Assembly (NCBI GenBank): GCA_910577395.1
Contig: CAJTLG010000006.1
Coordinates: 79,946 to 143,945, forward strand
DNA from: an uncultured Vampirovibrio sp.
GTDB lineage: Bacteria; Cyanobacteriota; Vampirovibrionia; Gastranaerophilales; Gastranaerophilaceae
Direction of reading: 5' to 3'
DNA length: 64,000 bases
Shown: positions 33,646 through 42,806 of the stretch, in pieces
Layout of the letters: each line of letters starts with the position of its first letter
Position numbering within the stretch: position 1 is the stretch's first letter
Made by a program: the position numbers and the translations under genes
Notes under the pieces: generated by a model
Told to the model about the DNA's origin: nothing
Seen by the model: the letters and a program-made list of their open reading frames with translations, nothing else
Databases searched by the model: none

Positions 33646-34656
33646 TTATCTGTAAAGCCAGCTTGATTCCGTTTCTCTTCTACCCACAAGCCCCGGCATG
33701 ACCACATATACATATTCACCGGTGCCGTTGTTATTTTCATCTTTAATTTCGATTTTGCCCTTTATATACTCTCTCATTTTATCGGCAGCGCCGTCAATGT
33801 CCCCGTCTGCAATTAGCTCCGTAAGACCTGAGCTTTGATATTTACCTATACCGCAATTGTATGCAAAGCTGACAAGTGCATCAAATTGCCCCTGTGTAAG
33901 TACCACATCCAATGATTTAGCATAGTTTGTAACGGTATCTATAGCCTCTTGAATATCTTGTCTTAGAAATTCTTCAGCCTCTTCCATTGTGGTTGTCTGA
34001 CCCTCATAAACATCTTTTGTATGTCCCCACCCGATTGTCAGTTTGCCGGAAGGACAAAGATAAGCCTCACCCCTATAGGTTTCCCAACCCTTAAGCAGTT
34101 CTATAACTTCATTGCTTACATCATCAGGCATAGCTGCAGGTGCTGCGACCAATTCTTCAGGTTCTTCTTCTAAACTTACCTCAATATCATTATAATTCGC
34201 GGCAGTATCTTGTATTATTTGATTTATTTCTTCTCTAAAATTATTTTGTGCATAGATACCTTCCGCTCCTACAGTTGCGCCTTTTTCTTCCTCAAAAGGA
34301 ACAGCAAAATCTTCCATATTCACGGTTTGAATATCATCATTACAATCATGCCCAAGAAGGGCTACGGCCGCACTGGTTGCAGCGCCCACTGACAGAGTAC
34401 CGGCAGCAACTAATCCAAAAATCATTTTTTTAATAAAAAGCTCATACTCTCTTTGGCGTCTTGACATTTTACGACCACTTTGAGTGCGCGAACTTCTTAA
34501 AAATTCATCCTTGCTAAGCCTGCGCCTCATTGTGCTTTCGCTATCCAAATAATAGCCGGGCATTGTATGCTTTTTCTTTTTTGCCCTTCGCGGAGCAGCT
34601 ACCCCAGACTCTCTTCTTGGTGAAATAATATCTAAATTACTACCGGTAAAATACAT
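33646..34656 (-). CDS. membrane-anchored GH24 (phage-type) lysozyme
   Basis: Basic N-terminus, one TM segment 'MIFGLVAAGTLSVGAATSAAVALLG', an acidic linker, then 'GWETYRGEAYLCPSGKLTIGWGHT' and 'QGQFDALVSFAYNCG' (GH24 motifs). Confidence 0.8.
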   Translation of the reverse strand: MYFTGSNLDIISPRRESGVAAPRRAKKKKHTMPGYYLDSESTMRRRLSKDEFLRSSRTQSGRKMSRRQREYELFIKKMIFGLVAAGTLSVGAATSAAVALLGHDCNDDIQTVNMEDFAVPFEEEKGATVGAEGIYAQNNFREEINQIIQDTAANYNDIEVSLEEEPEELVAAPAAMPDDVSNEVIELLKGWETYRGEAYLCPSGKLTIGWGHTKDVYEGQTTTMEEAEEFLRQDIQEAIDTVTNYAKSLDVVLTQGQFDALVSFAYNCGIGKYQSSGLTELIADGDIDGAADKMREYIKGKIEIKDENNNGTGEYVYVVMPGLVGRRETESSWLYR

Positions 34657-34805
34657 TTAAATCTTCATCCAATTCATACACATTCTTAATAAGAAAAGTA
34701 TTGATTAATAATTGCCTAAACATGCAAAAAACTTGAAGTTTTATTAAGAAATTCTACCCCAAGTTTTTAAAAATATTTACCCGTGCATTGTTGCACTATC
34801 AAAGC

Positions 34806-34997
34806 CTACACAGCTTTTTGAACTTTGCCTGCTTTGATACAGGAAGTGCAAACCCTTATTCTTTTCACACTGCCGTTTATAACAGCTTTAACACTTTGAA
34901 GATTAGGTGCCTGTTTATATATATGGTGCTTATGTGAAAAAGAAAGTTTGGAAGCCTTTTTAGATATTTTTCCGCAAACTTCACATTCTACTGACAT
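34806..34997 (-). CDS. rpmB: 50S ribosomal protein L28
   Basis: Start taken at 'MSVECEVCGK' (63 aa). 'SFSHKHHIYKQAPNLQ' and 'RIRVCTSCIKAGKV' fit L28. Confidence 0.88.
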   Translation of the reverse strand: MSVECEVCGKISKKASKLSFSHKHHIYKQAPNLQSVKAVINGSVKRIRVCTSCIKAGKVQKAV

Positions 34998-35036
34998 TGT
35001 TATCATCCTTTCAAAATTAAATTCTTTTGTATATTA

Positions 35037-35064
35037 ATTTTATGACAAAAAGGTTAATAGTCAA
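35037..35064 (-). promoter_or_regulatory. sigma-70-type promoter for rpmB
   Basis: On the minus strand: TTGACT (35064-35059), 16-nt spacer, TAAAAT (35042-35037). Confidence 0.5.
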
Positions 35065-35086
35065 GAGGGGCAATTTATCAACAATC

Positions 35087-35887
35087 CTACTGTTGATAAA
35101 TCCAAACATCAAAACCTTCCTTGCCGTAATTACCGGCAACGGCCCTTGCAACATCCATATTTGAATATGAACCTATTTGCAAACAATAAACATCATCTAC
35201 TCTTCTTATAAAGGGTGCTATACGCGCTTTAGAATTTTTCATGGCATTTTGTGCCGTTTTTGCATCATCAAAGGTTGGATATTTGCCTATTAAAACCTTG
35301 ATATTGGCTTTCTGCGGAAGTTCTATGGGTGAAAATACGCCTTGTTGCTCAACATTGAGGCTTTGCTGCTCGGGTGCCTGCTGTGTCGAATTAGCCTGCT
35401 GCTGATTTTGCGCCGGTTTTGGTTCCTCTGTTTTCTTTGGCACCACAGGCTCATCATCATCTATATTGTCAGACTTTAATTTTTCGAAATGTTCAAGGTT
35501 CATAACCTCGTTTTTATCCCTGTCCTGCGGCAATACACGACTTTCAGACGGAGCGTTTTCTTCTTCCTGAATTAAAAGCAGCCTCTTATCAATCGTCCTT
35601 TTATCGCTATCATAGCTATCATTAAAATAATTATCACTAAGACCGGGGGTTTCACTATTTTTGGCAATCTCTGCCCCATGCCTGCCATACTCTATATCCA
35701 CGCGTTTTGCATATTTTTTAATAACCACAACTACGCATATAAACATAATACAAAAAGTAACAAAGGAAAGCTTTAATATCCTTTTTACCTTTTCAACACG
35801 CTTTTCAACCCTTTGTACACGGGCAGGGTTCATTTTGCTTTTCTTATAGGTTAAATAATCAGAGGATGGTGTATTTTTTAAATTCAT
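35087..35887 (-). CDS. SPOR-domain membrane protein
   Basis: N-terminal TM segment 'LSFVTFCIMFICVVVVI', a low-complexity linker, and a C-terminal SPOR-like 'KVLIGKYPTFDDAKTAQNAM...YCLQIGSYSNMDVARAVAGNY'. Confidence 0.7.
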   Translation of the reverse strand: MNLKNTPSSDYLTYKKSKMNPARVQRVEKRVEKVKRILKLSFVTFCIMFICVVVVIKKYAKRVDIEYGRHGAEIAKNSETPGLSDNYFNDSYDSDKRTIDKRLLLIQEEENAPSESRVLPQDRDKNEVMNLEHFEKLKSDNIDDDEPVVPKKTEEPKPAQNQQQANSTQQAPEQQSLNVEQQGVFSPIELPQKANIKVLIGKYPTFDDAKTAQNAMKNSKARIAPFIRRVDDVYCLQIGSYSNMDVARAVAGNYGKEGFDVWIYQQ

Positions 35888-36441
35888 TAAATCACCCCTC
35901 TCACCTTGGATTTTGCAAAATTCATATCTTCAATTTCAGCTGTAAATTTTTCCATAACCTTTAATGCAAAACCTTTAATATCGCTTATCCCGATTTCATT
36001 TAAGGACGACACAGGGATAGGTGTGCCCTCTGACACAATATTTAAAGCCGTATGCACAAGGGAAGATGTCAGGGATTTTGTAGCTATTGAAACGGAAAGC
36101 TTTCTATCCTGATAAAATAAATCATCCCCGCTCCTTTTTATAACGGCACCGTATTCTTCAATCACCTCTTTTATAATGCACACAAAAAGTCTTTGATTTG
36201 AAACCATATGCCCCAAATTTACTTCAAAATCTTCAATTATAAAATTAAGCATTTTATCTGATGATATAGGTTCATTGTTTAGAACATCTTCTATATCCAC
36301 CATTTCCCCTAAATCAACTCTAACAGGGCCGATAAACGCCGCAATAGCGCTTCCTTGTATATTAAAATTTCTGTAAATCCAGTGCGGGCAAAGCTCACGC
36401 CCTGTATATGTTATTTCTTTATCAATAAAAATATATCTCAT
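35887..36441 (-). CDS. hypothetical protein, DUF366-like
   Basis: 'IDKEITYTGRELCPHWIYRNFNIQGSAIAAFIGPVRVDLGEMVDIEDV' resembles what I recall of the DUF366 N-terminus. Its stop overlaps the SPOR gene start (TAATG). Confidence 0.4.
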   Translation of the reverse strand: MRYIFIDKEITYTGRELCPHWIYRNFNIQGSAIAAFIGPVRVDLGEMVDIEDVLNNEPISSDKMLNFIIEDFEVNLGHMVSNQRLFVCIIKEVIEEYGAVIKRSGDDLFYQDRKLSVSIATKSLTSSLVHTALNIVSEGTPIPVSSLNEIGISDIKGFALKVMEKFTAEIEDMNFAKSKVRGVI

Positions 36442-36458
36442 ATTATCCTTATTAAATT

Positions 36459-37142
36459 TTAAAAGAAAAGTTTTATCAAGTCCCTATTTTTACTTTTTAA
36501 TATAGCCGCCTTTAAGCGTTTACAGCTTTCGCACACTCCGCAGTGGTTTTGACCCGGCAGCACACCTTGTGCATTGTAGCAACTTTTTAAAATACCTAAA
36601 TTAACCCTTAAGTGCAATGCAAGGTTAATTATCTCATATTTTTCCAACTCAATCAGGGGTGTAAGAACCTTAACCCCGTTTAGCGTAGAATATTTAAAAA
36701 ATTCATCCGCAATATTGCAAAATTTTTTTGAATTATCACTGAATGTACCAGCCTCTTCCTTATTTGCGCCTATTATTATACAATCATACCCTTCTGCATC
36801 ACAAAATGAAGCTGCTATATTTAAAAATAAACCGTTTCTGTTTGGTACCCATACAGCCTTCATGCTTTCTTTATCAAGAGCATCAAATTCAAGATTGCAT
36901 TCCGTTTTATTAAGCGCAGAATTGCTAATCTCCGCTAAAAACGGTAATTTTATAACTTTATGCTCTATATTATAAATTTTACAAATTTCCCGGGCCGCAT
37001 TGATTTCATCCGCCACCGCCCTTTGCCCGTAATCAAAAGTGAGCGCAAGAGAAACACTAACCCCTTTATTAACAGCCTCGGCAAGACTAACCAAAGAATC
37101 AAGCCCGCCGGATAGTAAAATAACAGCCCTGTTACTGCTCAT
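36459..37142 (-). CDS. queC: 7-cyano-7-deazaguanine synthase
   Basis: Start taken at 'MSSNRAVILLSGGLDS' (227 aa). PP-loop 'SGGLDS' and C-terminal zinc motif 'CGVCESCKRLKAA'. Confidence 0.92.
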   Translation of the reverse strand: MSSNRAVILLSGGLDSLVSLAEAVNKGVSVSLALTFDYGQRAVADEINAAREICKIYNIEHKVIKLPFLAEISNSALNKTECNLEFDALDKESMKAVWVPNRNGLFLNIAASFCDAEGYDCIIIGANKEEAGTFSDNSKKFCNIADEFFKYSTLNGVKVLTPLIELEKYEIINLALHLRVNLGILKSCYNAQGVLPGQNHCGVCESCKRLKAAILKSKNRDLIKLFF

Positions 37143-38004
37143 CCGCCTCATCCTCATCTTCATCATTAAGAATATTGCCTGCTTCATCCTTACAATGTTC
37201 CGGCATATCGGGGTCATTTAAAATTTCCTCTAAAATCTCATCCCCAAGTATATTATATAAAGCCCATACAGCATTTCTGCCTACAGCCTCATTATCATCA
37301 TATAATGTGCCCTTAAGGGCAGCTATTGTTCTTTTATCCGCAAAAAAATCGATTTTTGAAAGCGCCTCAACGACTCTTTCTTTTAAAAAGGTAAACTTAT
37401 CAAGAAAACTTTTTTTAGCCTCTAATATACTTACAAACGGGTCTACCGCCCTCATATCCCCAATCATACCAAGGGCATGCGCAGCCGATTCCCTTACGTA
37501 TACAGATTTCTCGTCTTCATCTGAAACCACTTCAATCAAAGGCTCTACGGCATTTCTATCCCCTATTTTTCCTAAAGCCTCAGCTGCCGCAAGACGAAAC
37601 TTGTAATGTTCATTCTTACTGTTCAAAAAATACAAAATCGACTCTATGGTGCGGTTTTCTTTATAATTAGAAATCACCTTAAGGCACAAAACTCTTATAT
37701 CCACAAAATTATTCAAATCTTCTCCGGATATGGCATGGGTATCTTTTGCAAACAAAAAATCCAACAAATCATCAAGATTATCAGGATGCCTTAGTGTATC
37801 AATTTCCCGCACAAGACATTTTAAAAACCCTAAATCAGTACTTTTTTGGAGCAAAACAGAATATATTTTTGATAAATCATCTTTTAAATATTCACCTCGA
37901 AGGGCACCAAAAAAGGCTGTAAAATCACCCTTGCAATCTTCAAGGCGCTGTTCAATTAAATAAAAATTATCAGCCGAAATTTCAGTTAATGTTTTTTTAT
38001 CCAT
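37132..38004 (-). CDS. HEAT-repeat (PBS-lyase-type) protein with acidic C-terminus
   Basis: Start at ATG 38004 ('MDKKTL'). Repeats 'RLAAAEALGKIGDRNAVEPLIEVV' and 'VRESAAHALGMIGDMRAVDPFVSIL'. Overlaps queC by 11 nt. Confidence 0.75.
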   Translation of the reverse strand: MDKKTLTEISADNFYLIEQRLEDCKGDFTAFFGALRGEYLKDDLSKIYSVLLQKSTDLGFLKCLVREIDTLRHPDNLDDLLDFLFAKDTHAISGEDLNNFVDIRVLCLKVISNYKENRTIESILYFLNSKNEHYKFRLAAAEALGKIGDRNAVEPLIEVVSDEDEKSVYVRESAAHALGMIGDMRAVDPFVSILEAKKSFLDKFTFLKERVVEALSKIDFFADKRTIAALKGTLYDDNEAVGRNAVWALYNILGDEILEEILNDPDMPEHCKDEAGNILNDEDEDEADEQ

Positions 38005-38144
38005 TTTTACCCTGAAAAAGTGCATCCTATGATAATAAAATACTATAAAAAGCGTATGAGTTACAATAATTGTAAACTTTTTTGACAAAACGCCTCTAAA
38101 TATGTACAAAAATATTCGTCTTGGTGTTATACCTTAAACGGATT

Positions 38145-40022
38145 ATGAGTGAGCTAACTTATCAACAAGTAACTGAAGAAATTAAAAGCCGGCTAGATAT
38201 AGTTGATGTAATATCAAAATTTGTCGTGCTTAAAAAATCCGGCCATAATTATATGGGGCTTTGCCCGTTCCATAACGAAAAAACGCCCTCTTTCACGGTT
38301 ACCCCCTCCCGCCAAATTTTTAAATGTTTTGGCTGCGGCGAAGGCGGCGATGTCCTTGCTTTTTTAATGAAAATTAATAAACAAAGCTTTACTGAAGTTA
38401 TTGTTGAACAAGCTGAAATCCTTGGAATAGAACTCCCAAAGACAACATCAGGGGCAAATGCCAAAGAATATAAAAAAGAAAAAGAACGCCTGCTTGAGGC
38501 TGTTAAATATTCTATGGAATTTTACCACAACAAGCTTCTAAGTAATGAAAACGCACTTAAATACCTCGAAAAACGCGGCGTGAATGAAATTGCAATAGGA
38601 AGTTTTTTCTTAGGATTGGCCCCCAATTCAAACTTTGAACTTAAAAACTATTTAAAAGAACTTGGCTATACAAATGATGAAATGTATAAAGCAGGCCTTT
38701 TGTATGAAAAAAACGGCGATTTCTTGGATAGGTTCAAAAACAGGCTTATAATCCCTATCATGGATGTAAACAACAACCCTATAGCATTTGGCGCAAGAGC
38801 AATTATAGACGGACAAAACCCAAAATATTTAAACTCTCCGGATTCTTCGATATACAATAAAAGCTCGGTGTTATTTGGCCTAAACAGAGCTAAAGATGCC
38901 ATAAAAGAAGAAGACGGCGTTATTATTATGGAAGGATATTTTGATGTAATATCCGCCCAGGTTAACGGTGTTAAAAATGCCGTAGCATCCTGCGGAACAG
39001 CACTTACCCCGCAACATATAAAACTTTTAAGCAGATACACATCCTCAAGAAAAATATTCCTTGCTTTTGACCAGGATGCGGCAGGCAGAAAGGCTACAAA
39101 ACTTGGTGCGCAAGTAATAAAAGAAATATTTTCAGGTCTTGGAAACATTAAACAGTACGATTCAAGCTACACCTCATCATCGGATAATGTCTGTGAAATC
39201 CGCGTAGTATCACAGCTTGGCGGCAAGGACCCTGATGAATATATAAGAGAATACGGTGCGGAAAGCTATAAAAATGAAATCCTAAAAGCCCCTCTTTTAA
39301 TTGATTTTGAACTTTCCATGCTCTTTGAAAATGCACCAAAATCACCAACGGCACAGGAAAAGAGCGAACTTGTACAACAAATAGTGTATATTTTACAAGA
39401 AATCAAAAATCCCATTATTTTAGCTGATTACATAAAAAATATCTCGTTTAAACTGAATATAGATGAGGCCGTTTTAAAAAGACAAGTTGAAAGCCATCAG
39501 GTGCAATCCGAGGATTTGTATCAAAATGTAACAATTGAACCTTCAAGAGTGCTATTTAAAAAGATTGCCAAAAACAATATAAACGCACGCTATGAAAGAA
39601 TGGAGGACAATTTAACAAAACTTGCTCTTCAAGCCAATACCCCTGAAAAAAAGCTATATTTTATACAACAGATTAAGGGGTACAAACCCAAGTCAGAGGC
39701 CAATTCCAAGATTTTATCAGACATTGACAAAACACTTAGCGAAGCTGATAATGTTGAATCAATAGCAAAAAAACTTTTTTCGAAGTTTTATGATGATAAC
39801 GAAATCCAAAAGGATTTATCTGACAAAATCTTTTCCTCAAACGAATTTGAAAAATTACCATACAACGATTATATAAATGCTGTCCAAGAAACCTTTTTAA
39901 GGCTTAACCAGCTTGAAAAAACCCTGAAAAAAGAAGAATTAAAAAGAAAAAACAGACAAAGCAATATAACCGAAGAAGACAAAATAACAATCTCAAAAGA
40001 AATATTAAACGGAAATTTTTAA
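38145..40022 (+). CDS. dnaG: DNA primase
   Basis: Zinc ribbon 'CPFHNEKTPSFTVTPSRQIFKCFGCGEGG'. RNA-polymerase/TOPRIM region 'IIMEGYFDVISA' and 'FDQDAAGRKAT'. Start chosen at 'MSELTYQQV'. Confidence 0.95.
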   Translation: MSELTYQQVTEEIKSRLDIVDVISKFVVLKKSGHNYMGLCPFHNEKTPSFTVTPSRQIFKCFGCGEGGDVLAFLMKINKQSFTEVIVEQAEILGIELPKTTSGANAKEYKKEKERLLEAVKYSMEFYHNKLLSNENALKYLEKRGVNEIAIGSFFLGLAPNSNFELKNYLKELGYTNDEMYKAGLLYEKNGDFLDRFKNRLIIPIMDVNNNPIAFGARAIIDGQNPKYLNSPDSSIYNKSSVLFGLNRAKDAIKEEDGVIIMEGYFDVISAQVNGVKNAVASCGTALTPQHIKLLSRYTSSRKIFLAFDQDAAGRKATKLGAQVIKEIFSGLGNIKQYDSSYTSSSDNVCEIRVVSQLGGKDPDEYIREYGAESYKNEILKAPLLIDFELSMLFENAPKSPTAQEKSELVQQIVYILQEIKNPIILADYIKNISFKLNIDEAVLKRQVESHQVQSEDLYQNVTIEPSRVLFKKIAKNNINARYERMEDNLTKLALQANTPEKKLYFIQQIKGYKPKSEANSKILSDIDKTLSEADNVESIAKKLFSKFYDDNEIQKDLSDKIFSSNEFEKLPYNDYINAVQETFLRLNQLEKTLKKEELKRKNRQSNITEEDKITISKEILNGNF

Positions 40023-40061
40023 GTAACAAATATAAAAACTAATAAAAATGGAGAAATCTAA

Positions 40062-41129
40062 ATGACAAGAAAAAGAAATTCAGACCAATCTGTAATTAGT
40101 GTAGTTGATAAAGACGAAGATATGACTGATGACGGGTTCTTTGAAAGCTCCGCCCTTGAAACAGACAATATCTCAAACATTATAAGGTCTCAGGCAGGGA
40201 TTGATGTCAGCACAATTTCAGGCTCTGCATTCTTTGAAAAAGAGGATGATGAAGATGAAAGTGACGAAATCTCCGTACCGAAAGGAATTTCTATAGATGA
40301 CCCTGTAAGGATGTACCTTAGAGAAATAGGCAGGATTAAGCTTTTAACCGCAGATGAAGAAATCGACCTTGCAAGAAAAATTGTTGCAGGCGGCAATGCG
40401 GGTGCTATTGCAAAAAGAAAACTTGTCCAGGCAAACCTTAGATTAGTTGTAAGTATTGCAAAAAAATACGTAGGCCGTGGTATGCTGTTTTTAGACCTTA
40501 TCCAGGAAGGAAACCTTGGCCTTATCCGTGCTGCTGAAAAATTTGACCATGAAAGAGGCTATAAATTTTCAACATATGCCACCTGGTGGATAAGACAAGC
40601 TATCACAAGAGCAATTGCAGACCAGGCAAGAACAATCAGAATTCCTGTTCATATGGTTGAAACAATAAATAAACTTAAAAAAGTAACAAGAAAACTTGCA
40701 CAGGAACTTGCAAGAAAACCATCAGAAGAAGAATTATCAGTGGAAATGGGTATTTCCATTAATAAATTAAGAGAGATTATAAAAGTGGCACAGGAACCGC
40801 TTTCTCTTGAAACACCGATAGGTAAAGAGGAAGATTCCCGCCTTGGCGATTTTATCGAAGATAAAGACGCCGATGCACCGGTAAAAACTGTTGCCCATGA
40901 ATTATTAAGAGAAGACCTTGCAGAGGTTTTAGGCAGCCTTTCCCCAAGGGAAAGAGATGTTTTAAGGCTAAGATTTGGCATGGATGACGGCAGACAAAGA
41001 ACACTGGAAGAAGTTGGCCAGTTGTTTGGCGTAACCCGCGAACGTATCCGTCAAATTGAGGCAAAAGCACTCAGAAAATTAAGGCACCCAAACCGCTCTA
41101 AAAGGTTGAAAGAGTATATTGAAGTGTAG
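40062..41129 (+). CDS. rpoD: primary RNA polymerase sigma factor
   Basis: 355 aa. '[11 protein letters not shown]', '[10 protein letters not shown]', '[17 protein letters not shown]', '[27 protein letters not shown]', '[30 protein letters not shown]'. Conserved dnaG-rpoD order. Confidence 0.96.
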   Translation: MTRKRNSDQSVISVVDKDEDMTDDGFFESSALETDNISNIIRSQAGIDVSTISGSAFFEKEDDEDESDEISVPKGISIDDPVRMYLREIGRIKLLTADEEIDLARKIVAGGNAGAIAKRKLVQANLRLVVSIAKKYVGRGMLFLDLIQEGNLGLIRAAEKFDHERGYKFSTYATWWIRQAITRAIADQARTIRIPVHMVETINKLKKVTRKLAQELARKPSEEELSVEMGISINKLREIIKVAQEPLSLETPIGKEEDSRLGDFIEDKDADAPVKTVAHELLREDLAEVLGSLSPRERDVLRLRFGMDDGRQRTLEEVGQLFGVTRERIRQIEAKALRKLRHPNRSKRLKEYIEV

Positions 41130-41250
41130 CAGATTTTGCGGTGCGTGGCAGGCTTTCGCCGAACGTACATTGTGAGAGCTTTGTTAAAAAGACCGAACCC
41201 GCAATAATCCAAGAAAACAGGTCTGTAACTATACCTTATAAAACTATTAT

Positions 41251-41277
41251 AAAAACCGGGTTTAAACCCGGTTTTTA
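41251..41277 (+). terminator. rho-independent terminator after rpoD
   Basis: Palindrome 'aaaaaccggg ttt aaa cccggttttt' (stems 41256-41260 and 41267-41271) with flanking A and T runs. Confidence 0.75.
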
Positions 41278-41449
41278 TTTGTTGCTCTTTTCAAACTTTT
41301 TATCCGAAACTGCACAAGCTAATACCAACTTCTGCATTGCCTTTCTTATCAACGATCTGTTGAACATTTCACAATACAAAAAAGGCAAAATTTAAAATTT
41401 ACGGGTTTTAAAAAAAACACAATGCCGTACATTATAAAAGGGATAAAGT

Positions 41450-41956
41450 ATGAATATTAACGCCTCCAGGTCATTTAACAGCATAAAAAACTCTCCGAAA
41501 TTTGGCAATATAAACGAATTTGCCATAAGAAAACTGATAGACAGCTATAATGAGGAAAAGATTTCAAAAAAAGAATTCAAACAAGGCATAAAAGCTATTG
41601 AAAACGATAAAAGCGGAGATATCGCAAAAGTATCCCACCATGCCCATTGGCCCACAGAACGCCCATGCCCGTATAGCGTTGTTACCCCAAAGGTCTTGGG
41701 AGAGACCAGAATGTATTGCGCAGATGAATTTGACACCCTTGCTGCTGCAGGCGCTTATGCAAATTTATACGCTCTTGCGGTAAAAACCGAAGACCAGAAA
41801 GACAAAGCTGAATATATAGATAAAATGACAAAAATATACCTGCATCATGCGCAAAAAGATATATGCGAACCCGATGTACACGATGCGGAGGGCATAAATA
41901 GAAGAATATCAAGAAATATTGATGAAACAAAAGAATATTTTGAAATAGAAGAATAA
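41450..41956 (+). CDS. hypothetical protein
   Basis: 168 aa with coding-like composition. No family recognised. Lies upstream of the two EF-hand genes on the same strand. Confidence 0.5.
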   Translation: MNINASRSFNSIKNSPKFGNINEFAIRKLIDSYNEEKISKKEFKQGIKAIENDKSGDIAKVSHHAHWPTERPCPYSVVTPKVLGETRMYCADEFDTLAAAGAYANLYALAVKTEDQKDKAEYIDKMTKIYLHHAQKDICEPDVHDAEGINRRISRNIDETKEYFEIEE

Positions 41957-42058
41957 TCTTTTAATATTCCTTAACATTTCCTCATATAAAAAGGCAATTA
42001 TTTAATAAAAATAGTTTTTATTAACTCATAAGAGAGATTTTTTAGAGGAAATAAAACT

Positions 42059-42769
42059 ATGGACAACAATGTAGGGACAAACTATACCGTTAAAAGCGGC
42101 GATAACCTTTGGAATATTGTTAAAAATAATTATAAAGCCCCGGACGGCGGCACATTAAGCAATAATCAAATTCAAAAAATAGTAAATAAAATCACCGCCA
42201 ATAACAGCAATATCACAAATGCAAATATGATTTTTGCAGGTGAAAACATTATTTTACCGCCCGTTGATATGCTTGAAACCGAAACCGAATACGAAGATAC
42301 TGACAGCAAATATGCGCAATTAAACCAATGGTTTAACGGAAATCATAAAAATGCTTTTAATTTTAATGCAGCAAACTCATCAAGCCCGATTTCTGACGGC
42401 GCAAAAGAACTTGCCGAAGCGCAAATGAAACAATTTGATACAGATGAAAACGGCACAATAGATTTTGATGAATTTACCGCAGGATACGGCCTGGTGGATG
42501 CAGATGATGAAACTAAAAAACAACTTGAAAACATATTTAATTTTATCGATGTAAATAATGAAAACGGCATCCAAAGAAAAGAACTGACCGGCCTTTACAA
42601 AATAATGGATGACTATAAAGGCGCAGACGGCAAAATTACCTATGATACGTTCCAATTTTTTGCAAATAATATGAAAGCCGATGACACGGAGCGCGAAATT
42701 ACCGCAGAAGATTATAAAAAACTGTACACAGAATACTACCCAAACGATATGAACACATACAAAGCATAG
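42059..42769 (+). CDS. LysM-domain plus EF-hand calcium-binding protein
   Basis: N-terminal LysM 'YTVKSGDNLWNIVKNNY...MIFAGENIILP'. Canonical EF-hand loop 'DTDENGTIDFDE' (nt 42437-42472) and a second, less canonical 'DVNNENGIQRKE'. No signal peptide. Confidence 0.75.
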   Translation: MDNNVGTNYTVKSGDNLWNIVKNNYKAPDGGTLSNNQIQKIVNKITANNSNITNANMIFAGENIILPPVDMLETETEYEDTDSKYAQLNQWFNGNHKNAFNFNAANSSSPISDGAKELAEAQMKQFDTDENGTIDFDEFTAGYGLVDADDETKKQLENIFNFIDVNNENGIQRKELTGLYKIMDDYKGADGKITYDTFQFFANNMKADDTEREITAEDYKKLYTEYYPNDMNTYKA

Positions 42770-42806
42770 TAAAACAGGCATTTTAAGGAATTACAGAGGA
42801 GAAAAA

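Noticed and set aside
33646-34656. GH24 lysozyme as a marker of a prophage.
   Set aside because: No holin, terminase, capsid, tail or integrase genes or att-like repeats surround it. The neighbours are rex, adhE and rpmB.
41141-41395. 84-aa + strand ORF after rpoD.
   Set aside because: It reads through the rpoD terminator palindrome (41251-41277) and has no SD sequence. The GC-rich start (41134-41205) may form a hairpin ('ttgcgg...ccgcaa'), but I could not support any specific feature there.
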